64,000 nucleotides of DNA, taken from positions 3,928 through 67,927 of the forward strand of contig CBIHRX010000001.1 of the NCBI GenBank assembly GCA_966212555.1. Reading direction: 5' to 3'. Both the position numbers and the translations under genes were made by a program. Source of the stretch: an uncultured Massilia sp. (GTDB lineage Bacteria; Pseudomonadota; Gammaproteobacteria; Burkholderiales; Burkholderiaceae_D). Under the pieces are notes generated by a model. It was given only the letters and a program-made list of their open reading frames with translations, did no database searches and had not been told where the DNA came from. How positions within the stretch are numbered: position 1 is the first letter of the stretch; every line of letters starts with the position of its first letter. Positions 47,414-56,947 of the stretch are shown in pieces.

Positions 47414-48417
47414 CCGAAGTGAGCAAGGGAACCATCCTCGTCACCGGCGCCGCCGGCTTCATCGGCAGCGCGGTGGCGGTGCGCCTGACGGCCATGGGTC
47501 ATACCGTGGTCGGCTGCGACAATTTCAACGATTACTACGACCCGGCGCTGAAGCACCACCGCGTCGAGGCGTTGTTGAAACCGGCCGGCGTGCCGTGCGA
47601 GACCGTCGAGCTGAGCGACGGCGAGCAGGTCGCCGCGCTGTTCGAGCGCGTAAAACCTGCGCTGGTCGTGCACCTGGCCGCCCAGGCCGGCGTGCGCTAT
47701 TCGCTGAAGAACCCGGCCGCGTACGTACAGGCGAACCTCGTCGCCTTCGGCCACATGCTGGAAGCCTGCCGCAACCACAAGGTCGAGCACCTGCTGTACG
47801 CGAGCAGCAGCAGCGTCTACGGCGCCAACGCCAAGACGCCGTTCAGCGAGGACGACGTCACCGACGCGCCCGTGTCGCTGTACGCCGCGACGAAGAAGTC
47901 GAACGAGCTGATGGCCCATTCGTACAGCCACCTGTACGGCATTCCGACCACCGGCCTGCGCTTCTTCACGGTGTATGGACCGTGGGGCCGCCCGGACATG
48001 GCGTACTTCAGCTTTGCGCGCAAGATGCTGGCGAACGAGGCGATCCCCGTGTTCGCCGAGGGCAAGCTGTACCGCGACTTCACTTATATCGACGACATCG
48101 TCGAAGGCGTCGTCCGTCTGCTGTTCAAGCCGACGAAGCCCGAGGGCAAGCCGCCGCACGCCATCTTCAACATCGGCAACCAGACGCCGGTGCAGGTGCT
48201 GGACTTCATTCGTACGCTGGAAGGCGCGTTCGACGTCAAGGCACAGCTGGACTTCCAGCCGATGCAGCCGGGCGACGTGCCGGCCACGCACGCCGATACG
48301 AGCAGGCTGCAGGACTGGGTCGGTTACAAACCCACGACGTCGCTGGAGACGGGTTTGCGTGAATTTGCACGGTGGTATAATCGGGCGATACGTGAAAATG
48401 TTTCCTACCTGAAATGA
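47410..48417 (+). CDS. NAD-dependent epimerase (UDP-glucuronate 4-epimerase-like)
   Basis: Motifs [40 protein letters not shown] and MQPGDV. Confidence 0.88.
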   Translation: MTEVSKGTILVTGAAGFIGSAVAVRLTAMGHTVVGCDNFNDYYDPALKHHRVEALLKPAGVPCETVELSDGEQVAALFERVKPALVVHLAAQAGVRYSLKNPAAYVQANLVAFGHMLEACRNHKVEHLLYASSSSVYGANAKTPFSEDDVTDAPVSLYAATKKSNELMAHSYSHLYGIPTTGLRFFTVYGPWGRPDMAYFSFARKMLANEAIPVFAEGKLYRDFTYIDDIVEGVVRLLFKPTKPEGKPPHAIFNIGNQTPVQVLDFIRTLEGAFDVKAQLDFQPMQPGDVPATHADTSRLQDWVGYKPTTSLETGLREFARWYNRAIRENVSYLK

Positions 48418-49454
48418 AAAAAGTCCTCATCCTCGGCGTCAACGGTTTTATCGGCCACCATCTCTCCAAGCGCATCCTGGAGACGACCGATTGGGAAGTG
48501 TACGGCATGGACATGAACTCCGAGCGGATCGCGCATCTGCTGGATCATCCGCGCATGCACTTCTTTGAAGGCGACATCACCATCAACAAGGAGTGGGTCG
48601 AGTACCACGTCAAGAAGTGCGACGTAATCCTCCCCCTGGTGGCGATCGCGACGCCGTCGACGTACGTGAAGGAGCCGCTGCGCGTCTTCGAACTGGACTT
48701 CGAGGCGAACCTGCCGATCGTCCGCTCGGCCGCCAAGTACAAGAAACATCTGATTTTCCCGTCGACGTCGGAAGTCTACGGCATGAGCCGCGATGCCGAA
48801 TTCGACCCGGAGAATTCGGAACTGGTCTACGGCCCGATCAACAAGCCGCGCTGGATCTATGCCTGCGCCAAGCAGTTGATGGATCGCGTGATCTGGGGTT
48901 ACGGCATGGAAGGCCTGAATTTCACGCTGTTCCGTCCGTTCAACTGGATCGGTGCCGGCCTGGATTCGATCCACACGCCGAAAGAGGGCTCGTCGCGCGT
49001 GCTGACCCAGTTCCTGGGCCACATCGTGCGCGGCGAACCGATCCAGCTGGTCGACGGCGGCCAGCAGAAGCGCTCGTTCACCTATGTCGACGACGGCATC
49101 GACGCGCTGATGCGCATCATCGAGAACAAGGACGGCAAGGCCACCGGCAAGATCTTCAACGTGGGCAACCCGGTCAACAACTATTCGATCCGCGAACTGG
49201 CCGGCATGATGCTGGATCTGGCCGCCGAGTACCCGGAATACCGCGAGACGGCCAAGCAGGTGAAACTGGTCGAAACGAGCTCGGGCGCTTACTACGGCAC
49301 CGGCTACCAGGACGTGCAGAACCGCGTGCCGAAGATCGAGAACACGGTGTCGGAACTGGGCTGGAAGCCGCAGGTCTCCATGCGCGACGCGCTGGTCAAG
49401 ATCTTCGATTCGTACAAGGACAAGCTGGGCGACGCCGAGCAGCTCAATAACTGA
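48414..49454 (+). CDS. Stand-alone ArnA-type UDP-glucuronate decarboxylase (UDP-4-keto-pentose/UDP-xylose synthase)
   Basis: Motifs GVNGFIG, LVAIATP, LRVFELDFE, STSEVYG, RWIYACAK, FRPFNW and YQDVQNRVP. No formyltransferase domain. Confidence 0.88.
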   Translation: MKKVLILGVNGFIGHHLSKRILETTDWEVYGMDMNSERIAHLLDHPRMHFFEGDITINKEWVEYHVKKCDVILPLVAIATPSTYVKEPLRVFELDFEANLPIVRSAAKYKKHLIFPSTSEVYGMSRDAEFDPENSELVYGPINKPRWIYACAKQLMDRVIWGYGMEGLNFTLFRPFNWIGAGLDSIHTPKEGSSRVLTQFLGHIVRGEPIQLVDGGQQKRSFTYVDDGIDALMRIIENKDGKATGKIFNVGNPVNNYSIRELAGMMLDLAAEYPEYRETAKQVKLVETSSGAYYGTGYQDVQNRVPKIENTVSELGWKPQVSMRDALVKIFDSYKDKLGDAEQLNN

Positions 49455-49473
49455 TCTGCGTTCGACGCCGTTG

Positions 49474-49499
49474 AAAAGGCTGCCGCGGCAGCCTTTTTT
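49474..49499. terminator. Bidirectional intrinsic terminator
   Basis: Perfect palindrome AAAAGGCTGCCG-CGGCAGCCTTTT plus T-run. Confidence 0.8.
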
Positions 49500-49619
49500 A
49501 TTGTGTGGACGTAAATACAAATTCGTGGTTCCTGTAAATCGGTGTATCCCCCGACAAACACGGCGTAAGTATTTGTAAAGTGCCCGGACAGGGGGAGGGG
49601 CGGGGCATATAGTTCTCAT

Positions 49620-49687
49620 CAGTTTTTCTCTCTCTCTCCACTCTTGAAGTGGTCTTTGCCCACGGTTCCCCCACCGTGGGCTTTTTT
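49620..49687 (+). ncRNA. Candidate small RNA (CU-rich seed, hairpin, intrinsic terminator)
   Basis: Promoter-like CGGACA-N17-TATAGT (49585-49613); TTTTTCTCTCTCTCTCC; CCACT/AGTGG hairpin; terminator GCCCACGGT-N6-ACCGTGGGC-T6. Confidence 0.55.
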
Positions 49688-49706
49688 ATGCCTGGAGCGC
49701 TTTTCG

Positions 49707-50282
49707 ATGATCAAAACGCCGTTTATTCGAGCTTTCCTGTGTGTTCTCGCCATCGGCAGTGCCGCCCCCGCGTTCGCCGTCCCGCTGATGGACATGCGCG
49801 TGGAAGACCTGCTGTTCATGTCCGCCGACGTGAAAAAATCCCTGAACCTGACGCCGAACCAGCAAACGCTGTGGAACCAGATGGAAGGCCGTTCGCGCTC
49901 CATCCTGCGCGAGCGCCAGCGCCGCCGCGAGGCGCTGCAGGAACAGGCGAAGACGATGCTGGCGAAGCCGGAAGTCGAATTGCGCGACCTGAACCGGGCC
50001 GTCGAGGCGGAAGCCGTGGCGACCAACACCGAGGACAAGCAGCTGCGCGAAGCGTGGCTCGAAGTGAACGATGCACTCGACGACAAGCAGCGCGCCCAGG
50101 TGGCAACGTTCGTCGGCGAGCAGTTGATGCGCGTGGTGCCGGAGGGGCGTCCGGGCGGCGAACGCGGCAATGAGCGTGGCAACGGCGGCGGGCGTCCGGG
50201 CGGCATGGGCGGGCACGGCCGCGGTGGGATGGGCGGCGGCATGGGCGGCCCCGGCGGCGCGTCGATCAATCTCGGCGGCTGA
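49707..50282 (+). CDS. Periplasmic Spy/CpxP-like helical protein
   Basis: Signal peptide (APAFA), LNLTPNQQ and LDDKQRAQ (LTxxQ-like motifs), Gly-rich tail. Confidence 0.65.
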   Translation: MIKTPFIRAFLCVLAIGSAAPAFAVPLMDMRVEDLLFMSADVKKSLNLTPNQQTLWNQMEGRSRSILRERQRRREALQEQAKTMLAKPEVELRDLNRAVEAEAVATNTEDKQLREAWLEVNDALDDKQRAQVATFVGEQLMRVVPEGRPGGERGNERGNGGGRPGGMGGHGRGGMGGGMGGPGGASINLGG

Positions 50283-50390
50283 GCCGTGCATTCTATGTAT
50301 CGTTAAGTAAAAATCCGCCACGCTGCGCTGCTTTGACTATCCTTCCCCGCTAGAATTGGTGCCGCTGCGCAACCGATAACAACGATAGTC

Positions 50391-52550
50391 ATGAGCAAAC
50401 TGATCCCGATCGCCTGCCTGGCTCTGCTGGGCACGGCGGGACCTGCATTGGCCCAGTCCGGCCACACCTCCGACCCAATCCAGCAAGTGAACGTGAGCGG
50501 CGCGCGCGCCGACGACACGGAGACGCGCCGCCTGTCGACGGCCGCGAAAATGGTGTTCGGGCGCGAAGAGCTCGACCGCAACGGCGACACGAGCATCAGC
50601 GAAGTCTTGAAACGCCTGCCGGGCGTGACCCTGGGCGGGCCGCCGGGACGGGGCGGCGGCGGCGTGCGCATGCGCGGGCTGGGCAATGGCTATACGCAGA
50701 TGCTCGTCAACGGCGAGCGCCCGCCGCCGGGCTTTTCGCTGGACGCGCTGGCGCCGGACCAGGTCGAGCGCATCGAGGTGATGCGCGGCCCCGTCGCGGA
50801 GCACAGCACCCAGGCGATCGCGGGCACCATCAACATCATCCTGCGCGAGGGTTATCGGCAGAAGGACGTGCAGCTGCGCGTGGCCGACAGCATCGAGCAG
50901 GGCCGCCACGGCGTGAACGTGGGCGTCGTCGTGCCGGGCCAGGCGGGCAGCCTGACATGGAACCTGACGGGCGCCGTCAACCAGGCGCGCCAGCACAACG
51001 ACAGCGATACCGTCAACCTGAATACGCGGCGGGACGGCAGCGTGCAGCGCGAACAGCGCATCCACGACGAAGGCGGCGGCGTCAACGACTCGCTGTTCCT
51101 CACGCCGCGCTTCGCCTACAAATTTTCGAACGGCGACACGCTGACCTTCCAACCGTTCCTCGTCGCGCACCGCAACCGCAGCGGCGGCGACAGCCGGCTC
51201 GATCAACCCGTCGGCACGACCGCACCGGAATACGCGCATCAACGCTCCGATTCGACGTCGAACTCCACGTTCGTGCGCGGTTTCGGCAACTGGCTGCACC
51301 GCATGGATGGCGGCGCGCGCCTGGACGTGAAATTCGGCTTCGCCGGCGGCCGCAGCCACAGCGACGTGCTGCGCGACACGTTCGATGCCGCGGGCAGTCC
51401 GTTGCTGCGCTACGTCGACAGCGACGCCACGCGCGACGGCAGCCTGAATACGGGCGGCAAGTACACGCGCCCCATGGGCAAGGGACACCTGTTCGCGGCC
51501 GGCTGGGAGATCGAGGGCGGCCACCGCAGCCAGGAGCACGTGGCGGCCGGCGATTCGGCCGCGCTGTTCGACGACGGCGGCGCGGCGCTCGCGGCCGATT
51601 CGCGCCGCGTCGCCGCGTTCGTGCAGGACGAGTGGGACGTCACGCCGCAGTTCTCCACTTACCTCGGCCTGCGCTGGGAAGGCATCCGCATCACCAGCGA
51701 TCGGGTCCGCAACCTGTCCAAGGTGTGGAGCCCCGTGCTGCACGGTGTGTGGCGCATCCCCGAACACGATAAAGACCAGGTCCGGGCGAGCGTCACGCGC
51801 AGTTATAAAGCGCCGGGGCTGAACGACCTGATCGCCGTGCCGACGATCTCCACGTACAACGACGCCACGCGGCCGGACCGCACGGGCAATCCGAATTTGA
51901 AGCCGGAACTCGCGACCGGTATCGACGTCGCGTACGAGCACTACGTGGGCAGGAGCGGCATCCTGTCGGCCAGCGGATTCGCGCGCAACATCGACGACCT
52001 GCAGCGCCGTACGACGGTGCTGGCGCAGACGGCGTCAGGGCCGCGCTGGGTGTCCACGCCCATCAACATCGGCAAGGCACGCACGCGCGGCATCGAGCTG
52101 GAAGCGAAATTCCCGCTGACGGACCTGTACGTGGGCGCGCCGAACGTCGACGTGCGCTCCAACTACAGCCGCTACTGGTCGAACGTGGAAGGCATCCCCG
52201 GCCCGGACAACCGCCTCGACCAGCAGCCGAAGCAGACGGCCAACGTGGGCGCGGACTGGCGCCTGAAAGGCCTGCCGCTGACGATCGGCGGCGGCTTGAA
52301 CTGGACGCCCGCGACGTTTGTCCAGACCACCGTCAACGAGACCGCGTACACGGGCATGAAGCGCCAGTTCGACTTCTATGGCCTGTATAAACTGAACGCC
52401 AGCGCGCAGGTGCGCCTGTCCGCGAACAATCTCGATCCGCGCCTCTACGACAGCGCGCGCAGCGTCGACACGGGTACCCTCGTGCAAAGCGCTGCGACGG
52501 CGACCCGTACCCATACCACCCTCGGCATCCGCTACGAAATGAAGATGTAG
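50391..52550 (+). CDS. TonB-dependent outer-membrane receptor
   Basis: Signal peptide, TonB-box-like QQVNVSG, plug motifs LKRLPGV and QVERIEVMRG, GNPNLKPE; 719 aa. Confidence 0.92.
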   Translation: MSKLIPIACLALLGTAGPALAQSGHTSDPIQQVNVSGARADDTETRRLSTAAKMVFGREELDRNGDTSISEVLKRLPGVTLGGPPGRGGGGVRMRGLGNGYTQMLVNGERPPPGFSLDALAPDQVERIEVMRGPVAEHSTQAIAGTINIILREGYRQKDVQLRVADSIEQGRHGVNVGVVVPGQAGSLTWNLTGAVNQARQHNDSDTVNLNTRRDGSVQREQRIHDEGGGVNDSLFLTPRFAYKFSNGDTLTFQPFLVAHRNRSGGDSRLDQPVGTTAPEYAHQRSDSTSNSTFVRGFGNWLHRMDGGARLDVKFGFAGGRSHSDVLRDTFDAAGSPLLRYVDSDATRDGSLNTGGKYTRPMGKGHLFAAGWEIEGGHRSQEHVAAGDSAALFDDGGAALAADSRRVAAFVQDEWDVTPQFSTYLGLRWEGIRITSDRVRNLSKVWSPVLHGVWRIPEHDKDQVRASVTRSYKAPGLNDLIAVPTISTYNDATRPDRTGNPNLKPELATGIDVAYEHYVGRSGILSASGFARNIDDLQRRTTVLAQTASGPRWVSTPINIGKARTRGIELEAKFPLTDLYVGAPNVDVRSNYSRYWSNVEGIPGPDNRLDQQPKQTANVGADWRLKGLPLTIGGGLNWTPATFVQTTVNETAYTGMKRQFDFYGLYKLNASAQVRLSANNLDPRLYDSARSVDTGTLVQSAATATRTHTTLGIRYEMKM

Positions 52551-52600
52551 CGCCGCCACCCATGGCCACAAGCCGCGTTTTGCAGCACAAAGGACCTCTC

Positions 52601-54622
52601 GTGAAACGATACCTTCTCACTACCCTGACTCTCTCCATGCTGGCCGCCTTCGCATCCGCGGCGGACCGCGCCGGCATCGACACGCAATACATCGACCCGA
52701 GCGTACGCGTGCAGGACGATTTCTTCACTTACCTGAACGGCAAGTGGCTCAAGACGACCGAGATCCCCGCCGACCGTTCGAGCTGGGGCACGTTCATGAA
52801 GCTGCGCGAGGACACGCAGCCGCAGCTCCTCGGCATCATCGAAGCGGACCAGAAGGACCCGCACAAGAAGGCCGGCACCGACGCGCAAAAGATCGCCGAC
52901 CTGTACACCAGCTTCATGGACGAGAAGAAGCTGGAGACGCTGGGCTACAAGCCGCTGACGGGCGAACTGCAGCGCATCCGTACCCTGAAGGACAAGAAGG
53001 GCGTGCCCGACCTGATCGCGCACTTGTCGAAGATCGGCGTCGCGACGCCGTACGGCATCGGCGTGGCGCAGGATGCGAAAGCGTCGACGAAGTACGCCAC
53101 CTACATCCGCCAGGGCGGTCTCGGCATGCCGGACCGCGATTACTACCTGAAGGCGGACGACGCGAAGATGGCCGCGACCAAGGCGAAGTACGAACAGCAC
53201 GTCGCGAAGATCCTGGCGCTGGCCGGCGACAAGGATGCGGACGCGAAGGCGAAGGCCATCGTCGCGTTCGAGACGGAACTCGCGAAGGTGCAGTGGACGA
53301 AGGTCGAACTGCGCGATCCGAACAAGAACTACAACAAGATGGACGTGGCGCAGCTCACCGCGCTGACGCCGGGCTACGACTGGAAGACGGCGCTGGGCGC
53401 CGCCGGCGTGGGCAACAAGGCCGATTACGTGATCGTCGGCCAGCCGACCTACCTGCAGGGTTTCGACAAGCTTCTCGCCGCTACCGACATCGAGACCGTC
53501 AAGGCCTATTTCCAGTGGCAGCTGCTGCGCGAATACGCGCCCTACCTGTCGAAGGCGTTCGTCGACGCGGACTTCGATTTCTACGGCAAGACGCTGACCG
53601 GTGCGGACGTCAACCGTCCGCGCTGGAAGATCGGCGTGTCCGTCGTCGAAGGCGCGCTGGGCGAGGCGCTGGGCCGCGAATACGTGGCCAAATACTTCCC
53701 GCCGGAGCGCAAGGCGCGCATGGAGGAACTCGTCAAGAACGTCCTCGCCGCGTACAAGGCATCGATCGACCAGCTGGACTGGATGGGCCCAGAGACCAAG
53801 AAGGAAGCCCAGGCCAAGCTGGCGAAGTTCGCGCCGAAGATCGGCTACCCGAACAAGTGGCGCGACTACGCTCGCCTGAGCGTCAGGAAGGATGACCTGG
53901 CCGGCAACGTGATGCGCGCCGCCACGTTCGCGTACAACCGCAATATCGACAAGCTGGGCAAGCCGATCGACCGCGAAGAATGGGGCATGACGCCGCAGAC
54001 GGTGAACGCCTACTACAACTCGCGCATGAACGAGATCGTGTTCCCGGCCGCGATCCTGCAGCCGCCGTTCTTCGATGCGGACGCGGACGACGCCGTGAAC
54101 TACGGCGGCATCGGCGCCGTGATCGGCCACGAGATCGGCCACGGCTTCGACGACAAGGGCAGCCAGTCGGACGGCGAGGGCAACCTGCGCAACTGGTGGA
54201 CGGCAGAGGACCAGGCGCGCTTCAAGGCCAGGACCGACATGCTGGTCAAGCAATACGACGCATTCGAACCGCTCCCGGGCTACCATGTCAACGGCGCCCT
54301 CACGCTGGGCGAGAACATCGGCGACAACGCCGGTCTCGCCATCGCGTACAAGGCGTACAAGATCTCGCTGCACGGCCAGCCGGCGCCCGTCATCGACGGC
54401 CTCACCGGCAACCAGCGCTTCTTCATGGGCTGGGCCCAGGTGTGGCGCTCGAAGATGCGCGAGGCGCAGCAGATCGTGCAGGTGAAAACCGACCCGCACT
54501 CGCCGGGCCAGTTCCGCGCCAACGGCACGCTGCGCAACCAGGCCGCGTTCTACGAGGCGTTCGGCGTGAAGGAAGGCGACAAGATGTATTTACCGCCGGA
54601 GCAGCGCGTCACCATTTGGTAA
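52601..54622 (+). CDS. M13 (neprilysin/PepO-like) metallopeptidase, copy 1
   Basis: GTG start with signal peptide; motifs QDDFF.YLNG.W, VNAYY, HEIGH, GENIGD and DPHSP. Confidence 0.93.
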   Translation: MKRYLLTTLTLSMLAAFASAADRAGIDTQYIDPSVRVQDDFFTYLNGKWLKTTEIPADRSSWGTFMKLREDTQPQLLGIIEADQKDPHKKAGTDAQKIADLYTSFMDEKKLETLGYKPLTGELQRIRTLKDKKGVPDLIAHLSKIGVATPYGIGVAQDAKASTKYATYIRQGGLGMPDRDYYLKADDAKMAATKAKYEQHVAKILALAGDKDADAKAKAIVAFETELAKVQWTKVELRDPNKNYNKMDVAQLTALTPGYDWKTALGAAGVGNKADYVIVGQPTYLQGFDKLLAATDIETVKAYFQWQLLREYAPYLSKAFVDADFDFYGKTLTGADVNRPRWKIGVSVVEGALGEALGREYVAKYFPPERKARMEELVKNVLAAYKASIDQLDWMGPETKKEAQAKLAKFAPKIGYPNKWRDYARLSVRKDDLAGNVMRAATFAYNRNIDKLGKPIDREEWGMTPQTVNAYYNSRMNEIVFPAAILQPPFFDADADDAVNYGGIGAVIGHEIGHGFDDKGSQSDGEGNLRNWWTAEDQARFKARTDMLVKQYDAFEPLPGYHVNGALTLGENIGDNAGLAIAYKAYKISLHGQPAPVIDGLTGNQRFFMGWAQVWRSKMREAQQIVQVKTDPHSPGQFRANGTLRNQAAFYEAFGVKEGDKMYLPPEQRVTIW

Positions 54623-54714
54623 CAAAAACGGATCGCCATCAGCGATAATCAGGGACGGCGGTACCCCCGCCGGCCCCACCATCCCACCCATAACAACCCG
54701 AGGGAGATGAAGAG

Positions 54715-56784
54715 ATGATGAAGAAGCACACCCTGTTGAGCGCCCTGACCCTGGCGCTGCTTGCCAACGCCGGCCATGCGGCGGAAGGCGCCGCCGCCAA
54801 GAACACGGCCGTCAAGAAGGGCCAGACCCTGTCGGCCGGCATCGCCACCGAATACATCGAACCGTCCGTACGCCCGCAGGACGATTTCTACGATTACCTG
54901 AACGGCAAGTGGATGAAGACGGTCGAGATCCCGGCCGACAAATCGAGCTGGGGTTCGTTCGCCAAGCTGCGCGACGACACCCTGCCGCAGCTGCGCGGCA
55001 TCATTGAAAAAGCCGCCGCCGGCAACCCGGCCAAGGGCACCGACGCCCAGCGCATCGGCGATTACTACGCCAGCTTCATGGACGAAGCGAAGCTGGAGCA
55101 GTTGGGCATCACCCCGTTGAACGGCGAACTGGCCAAGATCGCGGCGCTGAAGGACAAGTCCGAGCTGCCCGCGCTGCTGGCGCACCTGGGCAAGATCGGC
55201 GTGAACGTGCCGTACGACTTCGGCATCCACCAGGACAACAAGGATTCGACCAAGTACGTCGCCGACATCTACCAGAGCGGCCTGGGCATGCCCGACCGCG
55301 ACTACTACCTGAAGGCGGACGACGCCAAGCTGGCCGACGCGAAGGCGAAGTACCTGACGCACGTCGAGAAGACGCTGGCGCTGGCCGGCGACAAGAACGC
55401 CGCCGCCAACGCGAAGGCCATCGTCGACTTCGAGACGGAACTGGCCAAGGTGCAGTGGACCAAGGTCGAACTGCGCGACCCGATCAAGGCCTACAACAAG
55501 GTGCCGCTGGCCGACATGGGCAAGGTCGCGCCGGACTACGACTGGAACGGCTACCTGCAGGCCACCGGCATCGCCGGCAAGACGACCTACGTGATCGTCA
55601 GCCAGCCGACCTACCTGAAAGGCTTCGCCGAGATTTCGAACAAGACCTCGCTGGACACCTGGAAGGCCTACCTGACGATGCACCTGGTGGACGCGTACGC
55701 GAGCTACCTGAACAAGGCCTTCGTCGACGAGCGCTTCGACTTCTACGGCAAGACCCTGTCGGGCGTGAAGGAGATGGAACCGCGCTGGAAGCGTGGCGTC
55801 GGCGCGATCGAGCGCTCGCAGGGCGAGTCGCTGGGCAAGCTGTACGTGGCCGAGTACTTCCCGCCGGAGCGCAAGGCGCGCATGGAAGCGCTGGTCAAGA
55901 ACCTGCTGGTCGCCTACAAGCAGAGTATCGACAAGCTGGACTGGATGTCGCCGGCCACCAAGAAGGAAGCGCAGGCCAAGCTGGCCAAGTTCACGCCGAA
56001 GATCGGCTACCCGAACAAGTGGAAGGATTACTCGGCGCTGGTCGTGGCGCGTGACGACCTGGTGGGCAACGTGATGCGCTCGCGCGACGTCGAGTACAAC
56101 CGCGAGCTGAACAAGCTCGGCAAGCCGATCGACCGCGACGAGTGGGGCATGACGCCGCAGACCATCAACGCGTACTACAACCCGGAGATGAACGAGATCG
56201 TGTTCCCGGCCGCGATCCTGCAGCCGCCGTTCTTCGACGCCAACGCGGACGACGCGGTCAACTACGGCGGCATCGGCGCCGTGATCGGCCACGAGATCAG
56301 CCACGGCTTCGACGACCAGGGCGCCCAGTACGACGGCGACGGCAACCTGCGCGACTGGTGGACCGCGGCCGACCACAAGAACTTCGAGGCCAAGACGAAG
56401 ATGCTGGTCAACCAGTACAACCAGTTCGAGCCGATCAAGGGCTACCACGTGAACGGCGAACTGACGCTGGGCGAGAACATCGCCGACAACTCGGGTCTCG
56501 CCATCGCCTATAAAGCCTACAAGATCTCGCTGAAGGGCAAGAAGGCACCGGTGATCGGCGGCCTGACGGGCGAACAGCGTCTGTACATGGGCTGGGCCCA
56601 GGTGTGGCGCACCAAGATGCGCGAGCAGCAGCAGATCGTGCAGGTGAAGACCGACCCGCACTCGCCGGGCCAGTTCCGCGCCAACGGCACGCTGCGCAAC
56701 CAGCCGGGCTTCTACGACGCCTTCAAGGTCAAGCAGGGCGACAAGATGTACCTGGCGCCGCAGGAGCGCGTGATCATCTGGTAA
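54715..56784 (+). CDS. M13 metallopeptidase, copy 2
   Basis: Signal peptide; motifs INAYY, HEISH, GENIAD and DPHSP. Confidence 0.93.
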   Translation: MMKKHTLLSALTLALLANAGHAAEGAAAKNTAVKKGQTLSAGIATEYIEPSVRPQDDFYDYLNGKWMKTVEIPADKSSWGSFAKLRDDTLPQLRGIIEKAAAGNPAKGTDAQRIGDYYASFMDEAKLEQLGITPLNGELAKIAALKDKSELPALLAHLGKIGVNVPYDFGIHQDNKDSTKYVADIYQSGLGMPDRDYYLKADDAKLADAKAKYLTHVEKTLALAGDKNAAANAKAIVDFETELAKVQWTKVELRDPIKAYNKVPLADMGKVAPDYDWNGYLQATGIAGKTTYVIVSQPTYLKGFAEISNKTSLDTWKAYLTMHLVDAYASYLNKAFVDERFDFYGKTLSGVKEMEPRWKRGVGAIERSQGESLGKLYVAEYFPPERKARMEALVKNLLVAYKQSIDKLDWMSPATKKEAQAKLAKFTPKIGYPNKWKDYSALVVARDDLVGNVMRSRDVEYNRELNKLGKPIDRDEWGMTPQTINAYYNPEMNEIVFPAAILQPPFFDANADDAVNYGGIGAVIGHEISHGFDDQGAQYDGDGNLRDWWTAADHKNFEAKTKMLVNQYNQFEPIKGYHVNGELTLGENIADNSGLAIAYKAYKISLKGKKAPVIGGLTGEQRLYMGWAQVWRTKMREQQQIVQVKTDPHSPGQFRANGTLRNQPGFYDAFKVKQGDKMYLAPQERVIIW

Positions 56785-56808
56785 TGCCGTAACGCCGGCT
56801 CGCGCCGT

Positions 56809-56843
56809 AACGCCGTCCCTGCGATGTGGGGACGGCGTTTTTT
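56809..56843 (+). terminator. Rho-independent terminator after the M13 pair
   Basis: AACGCCGTCCCT...GGGGACGGCGTT followed by a T-run. Confidence 0.75.
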
Positions 56844-56947
56844 GTTAGCGGTCGCAAATACAACACAGATCAAACTTGATGCTCTTAAAGCTTGCAAATA
56901 TGCTAAAGTTCGCGACGCTCTCCCATCGTTGACCTTTCCCGACATTC

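Noticed and set aside
49591-49605. G-rich tract GGGGGAGGGGCGGGG as a G-quadruplex
   Set aside because: Only three G-runs; more simply explained as the promoter spacer.
50333-50356. TTGACT...TAGAAT as a sigma-70 promoter for the TonB receptor
   Set aside because: The spacer is only 12 bp; the -10 may be real but this pairing is not canonical.
56786-56814. Direct repeat GCCGTAACGCC (two copies) after M13-2
   Set aside because: Only 11 bp, two copies, overlapping a terminator stem; not a CRISPR array or a convincing target-site duplication.
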